NCBI RefSeq assembly: GCF_011386835.1
Contig: NW_027052712.1
Coordinates: forward strand, 124,001 to 188,000
DNA from: Chrysemys picta bellii
Lineage: Eukaryota
Direction: 5' to 3'
DNA length: 64,000 nt
The notes under the pieces were generated by a model. That model was not told the origin of the DNA. It saw only the letters and a program-made list of their open reading frames with translations, and ran no database searches. The position numbers and the translations under genes were made by a program. Shown here piece by piece: positions 60,297-64,000 of the stretch. How positions within the stretch are numbered: position 1 is the first letter of the stretch; each line of letters starts with the position of its first letter.

Positions 60297-62499
60297 CTGT
60301 AAGATTTGTGGAGAGAAAGCAAGATAAAGTATTTTTATTAGTGATGTGTTATAGGATCTTAGGGTCTATTTTCCACTAAATGTATGGTTGTTCCCCATTG
60401 TTGAATGACGACTGGTCCATTAAAGACACTTGTCCTGTAAAGACCTGATTTTACAAGGAATTGAGTCTCCTCAACTGCCACTGACTTTAGTGGTTGTTGA
60501 GAGTGCGCAGCCTCTTGCTCAATCAGGCCCCAAGTTAAAAATGAAAAATTGCATTTAGTTAGATGAAAATAAGGTTCAGTAATTTAGGATAGTAACAGTT
60601 CTGCTTTTAATTTGAACATATCCTGGCCTCTGTCCTGTCCAAACTGTTTAATTGTCTATGCCCAAGGAGTTCCCGCTTATCCTGGTATTTCCAACATTAT
60701 CCTATTTTAACAAGACAACCCTATGTCTTGCCATATTTGCAAGATACACACAGGTTCTGCTTGTGCCCAGTGACTGATGCTGTGTAAAAAACTTAGATAG
60801 AAAGTACTTTCAGGGCCCATGAAATGTCACTATGTTCAACACGAAGTTTCAATGCAACATAACATTTGCATGTAATTGTTATACTGACAAAGTTTTCTCT
60901 CATTACTTAGGTCCTCAAAAGTGGCATTTCTCAGGCAAAAATAAGTTGTACACCAGAGCAGGCAGCTTGTAGCAAAATGCCAAACAGAATTGTATTGGAA
61001 ACCTTAAAGTCATCAATAATGGCAGCAGTTTACTTATTGGAAGTGCACTTAGGTTTCACTGTATTAATAAATTAAAAAGCAAGAAGTACAGAATTGAACT
61101 CCTTGGACCTGACAGTACCTCTCTTCTTGCCAGCTAGACCTCTACTTACAAGTAGTCATAATAAGACTCTGAGTGTTTGCTTCTGAGATAGACAGAGGGT
61201 TAGCCAAATTTACAAGTGCAGTGCATGAATGACTGGACTGACCCACAAGAAGAATTACTGTTCGAGCTAAACATGTGATTGGGCTGATTTATTAGGCCAA
61301 ATTGTTAAACCTTCTGGACTCATCATATGGGACCAGAAAAAAAAAGGGCATTCAAAGTTAAAAATTCTATTTCAGTAGTTTGAACTTCAGCCACTGATAC
61401 TAGCCAAAATAATTCAGAGAGAGCATTTTCATTCAGTTCTAAATATGTGATATCCGCAGACATCCATGGTATCAATGTGCATAAAAATATGCCATAGAAA
61501 CTTTGTTTTGAAGCAGGAACCCAAGGTAGTAGAAATTTGGCAATACATCTTATCTAATTTTCTCACATCTTTTCATCTACCACTATTTATCCCATCACTT
61601 TTTTTTTTTTTTTTTTTTTTTTGGGTAAGTGAATGGACTGTTTGTGAAAGATGGAATGATGGCGTTGAGACAAAGTCCTCTCCCCTTAGAAACCCAGGAA
61701 GGAGGGACCATTTCTAGAGCTGAGCATCTGGCTCATTTCTATGGCTGTTCAGCCCTAGACCATTCTTCTTAGACTGCCATCAAGAAAGCCAAACATGATG
61801 ATGTTTTCTGTGTCCTGGACACCTACCACTAGATATTCCTCAGAGACCCACAACTCGTATCACAGAAGCCAAAGAAGAGCCATTAAATGGTAATGACTTT
61901 CAGGGCCTAATTTGAGTCAAGAAGCAGAAGCACATGTCTATATTTTGCATGCAATGCTGGATATACATGTAGATGTGCATAGCTAAACAGATGCCCTCTT
62001 TTTCATGCATAGAACTGTATGCACCTACTTCTGGCAGAAAATCTGGCTCTCAATCACTGTGATTCACAGGAGTGACCTAAAGATGATGGGTTTCATGAAT
62101 TATTATAAATTCCTTGAGCCATCCAGTTCTGTCTCTTGCACTCCCTTTTCACATCCATCCTGTCTCTTAAGGTGACGACTATTGGTTTTCAGTTAGGAAG
62201 AAGGAATTGCAGTTTTATTTATAGCTGGCTTTCACAGGCACTCCATGTGTAAGCTGCATAGAATTATAATGTCTTCACTACACTACAATTGTAAACATAT
62301 TGTGGCAGCCAATTATAACATGGTTGCCCTCCTCCAGTCATTGTTTTAATACTTTTTGCTTTTTCCAGTATAGATGGAAACAAACTCTTATAATCATATT
62401 AAGAAAACCATACTACAGCTCTGATTTTGTCAGGTCTGTAGTATGGTTACAGCAAGATATGGTACACAGACTAGACCAAACTAAGTTATAACACAACCT

Positions 62500-62692
62500 G
62501 GGGGGAGGGATAGCTCAGTGGTTTGAGCATTGGCCTGCTAAACCCAGGGTTGTGAGTTCAATCCTTGAGGGGGCCACTTGGGGATCTGGGGCAAAATCAG
62601 TACTTGGTCCTGCTAGTGAAGGCAGGGGGCTGGACTCGATGACCTTTCAAGGTCCCTTCCAGTTCTAGGAGATAGGATATCTCCATTAATTT
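62500..62692 (+). mobile_element. tRNA-derived turtle SINE (tortoise PolIII/SINE type), young copy
   Basis: Same A/B boxes and CR1-like tail as 30697-30908, with CpGs retained (GGACTCGATGACC). Confidence 0.9.
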
Positions 62693-63754
62693 CTAATTTC
62701 TGGGCATTAAGTTAAATAGCTGCCTGCTGGTATGGTAAAATATTGTAGTGCAGATGGTCCCTTGGGCAGCAGTTTGTGGAAGATGTTCACCTCACGAGCT
62801 GAGGAGTGTGACTGTAACATGCAATGACCCTGCTGATAGAGGGTGGAAAAACAATTGTGTACTTTTTAAACACCAGTCTCTCTCTAGGCCAATAATTGCA
62901 CGTGTGCCACAATGGTATTCTTCCGGGGACCTAAAAAGGTCAGACTTTGAAGCCACTGATTTGCATAACTGCTATTTCCTTTTTAACAAATTCTGAAACT
63001 TTCCATGCCAGAGAAACAATTCACTTTAGATTTAAAAAATGTAAATACTTGATTATCTTTCTAATAACATATCTCTTTGTTTAGTGTCCAGTTTGAATGG
63101 CAACAAGGTTTGCTCTGATTGCACTGGCCTGGAAGTTGAATGGTTATTTTTTTGAATACCATGTACCTAAGTTGCTGAAACTAGTAGGCACTTGGCTAAC
63201 CTTTTCATGCCATAATCACTGAGCTTCTAGGGTGATCCAAGCTGCCAGAAAGGGAATATTCAATCAGTAGGTTCTCTTTTGTGGAGTTTTTAGTGCTCAT
63301 GAAAGCTGCCAGACTGATAGCTATGGAGACTTAGTCTTCCATTTGTTTGAAGGGCAAAGCATAGGTGGAGCAGTGCTGTATCCTCATGTCACAGAAGCCA
63401 AGTTTAGTGCCAACCCCCACCACATGTGAGAGCAGGTGTTGGGGTAGGCAAGAACCTATCCACAGCATCCATCAGAAGCAGAACAGGGGAGGGTTTGGAG
63501 TGCAAGGGGTGAGGAATCAAGGAGCTAAAGATAGTGTGGGGCAGACAAAAGGAAAAGGGCAATTAGTGGAGTAAATCTAGCAGTTCTGCTACCCATACTG
63601 TTTTCTCACTGTTTATTCCCTGACATCCATTCTGCTTTCTGTTCTCTGTTCCCTGCTTGGCCCCTGCCTGTCTTCCATACTGTCTCCACTACTGCCCCTG
63701 CCTGATCAGGAAGATACTTGTTCCAACCAATTCCTCCCCTCTTCTGATAATGTT

Positions 63755-63890
63755 TAACAGCATCAAATACCCCAAAAACATCTATGTGGGTGAAACCAGA
63801 CAATCACTATGCTCTCAAATGAACTCATTCAGAAACATGATAAAAGACAAAAACACCATCTCTCCTGTGGGTGAACACTTTTCACAAAGC
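63755..63890 (+). mobile_element. Penelope-like GIY-YIG endonuclease fragment
   Basis: NIYVGETRQSLCSQMNSFRNMIKDKNTISPVGEHFSQ (ORF 63657): YVGET...R.N.H...V.EHF pattern of PLE endonucleases. Confidence 0.8.
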
Positions 63891-64000
63891 AAAAACAACA
63901 AGGAGTCTGGTGGCACCTTAAAGACTAACAGATTTATTTGGGCATAAGCTTTCGTGAGTAAAAACCTCACTTCTTCGGATGCACGAAGAAGTGAGGTTTT
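63891..64000. mobile_element. Penelope-like terminal repeats, head-to-head, cut by the window end
   Basis: GGTGGCACCTTAAAGACTAAC...GCATAAGCTTTCGTGAG...CTCACTTCTTCG|GATGCA|CGAAGAAGTGAGGTTTT inverted junction. Confidence 0.85.
63942..63982 (-). ncRNA. Minimal type-I hammerhead ribozyme fold within the Penelope terminus
   Basis: Minus strand reads GCAU-CCGAAGA-A-GUGAG-GUUUUUA-CUCAC-GAAA-GC-UU^AUGC. Stem I GCAU/AUGC, stem II GUGAG/CUCAC, palindromic stem III AGCU. Confidence 0.65.

Noticed and set aside
61760-61890. Plus-strand acceptor-like TTCTTCTTAG followed by TAIKKAKHDDVFCVLDTYH*
   Set aside because: Early stop, no homology recognised, and antisense within the RSPH3-like intron.

Overview
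Vertebrate genomic DNA, very likely a turtle (inferred from a tortoise PolIII-type SINE and the CR1, Penelope, DIRS, Harbinger and hAT repeat content). Two host genes face each other, and the ORF track misses both because their exons are short. On + are the last four coding exons of RYR2 (3152-3216, 4891-4991, 6416-6467, 10506-10601, ending ...[11 protein letters not shown]) and its 3' UTR. On - are the last two coding exons of an RSPH3 (radial spoke head 3)-like gene (60296-60210, 57184-57030). The ~45 kb between them is transposon-rich: a full-length hAT (Charlie/Buster/SPIN type) with TIRs and TSD, a two-gene Harbinger remnant, many MITEs with exact TSDs, CR1, L2 and NeSL/Utopia-like LINE pieces, DIRS pieces, Gypsy LTR and pol pieces, SINEs, a 100-bp-period minisatellite and a 500-N gap. 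Best leads: (i) an RSPH3-like gene next to RYR2, an adjacency not seen in human; (ii) minimal hammerhead ribozyme folds in Penelope termini, one near-intact and sense to the RSPH3-like pre-mRNA; (iii) a 55-bp locally templated insertion; (iv) a GC-rich cassette shared by MITEs of two superfamilies. All identifications are by eye and from memory of the families; no database search was run. There is no CRISPR, rRNA or genuine tRNA gene.
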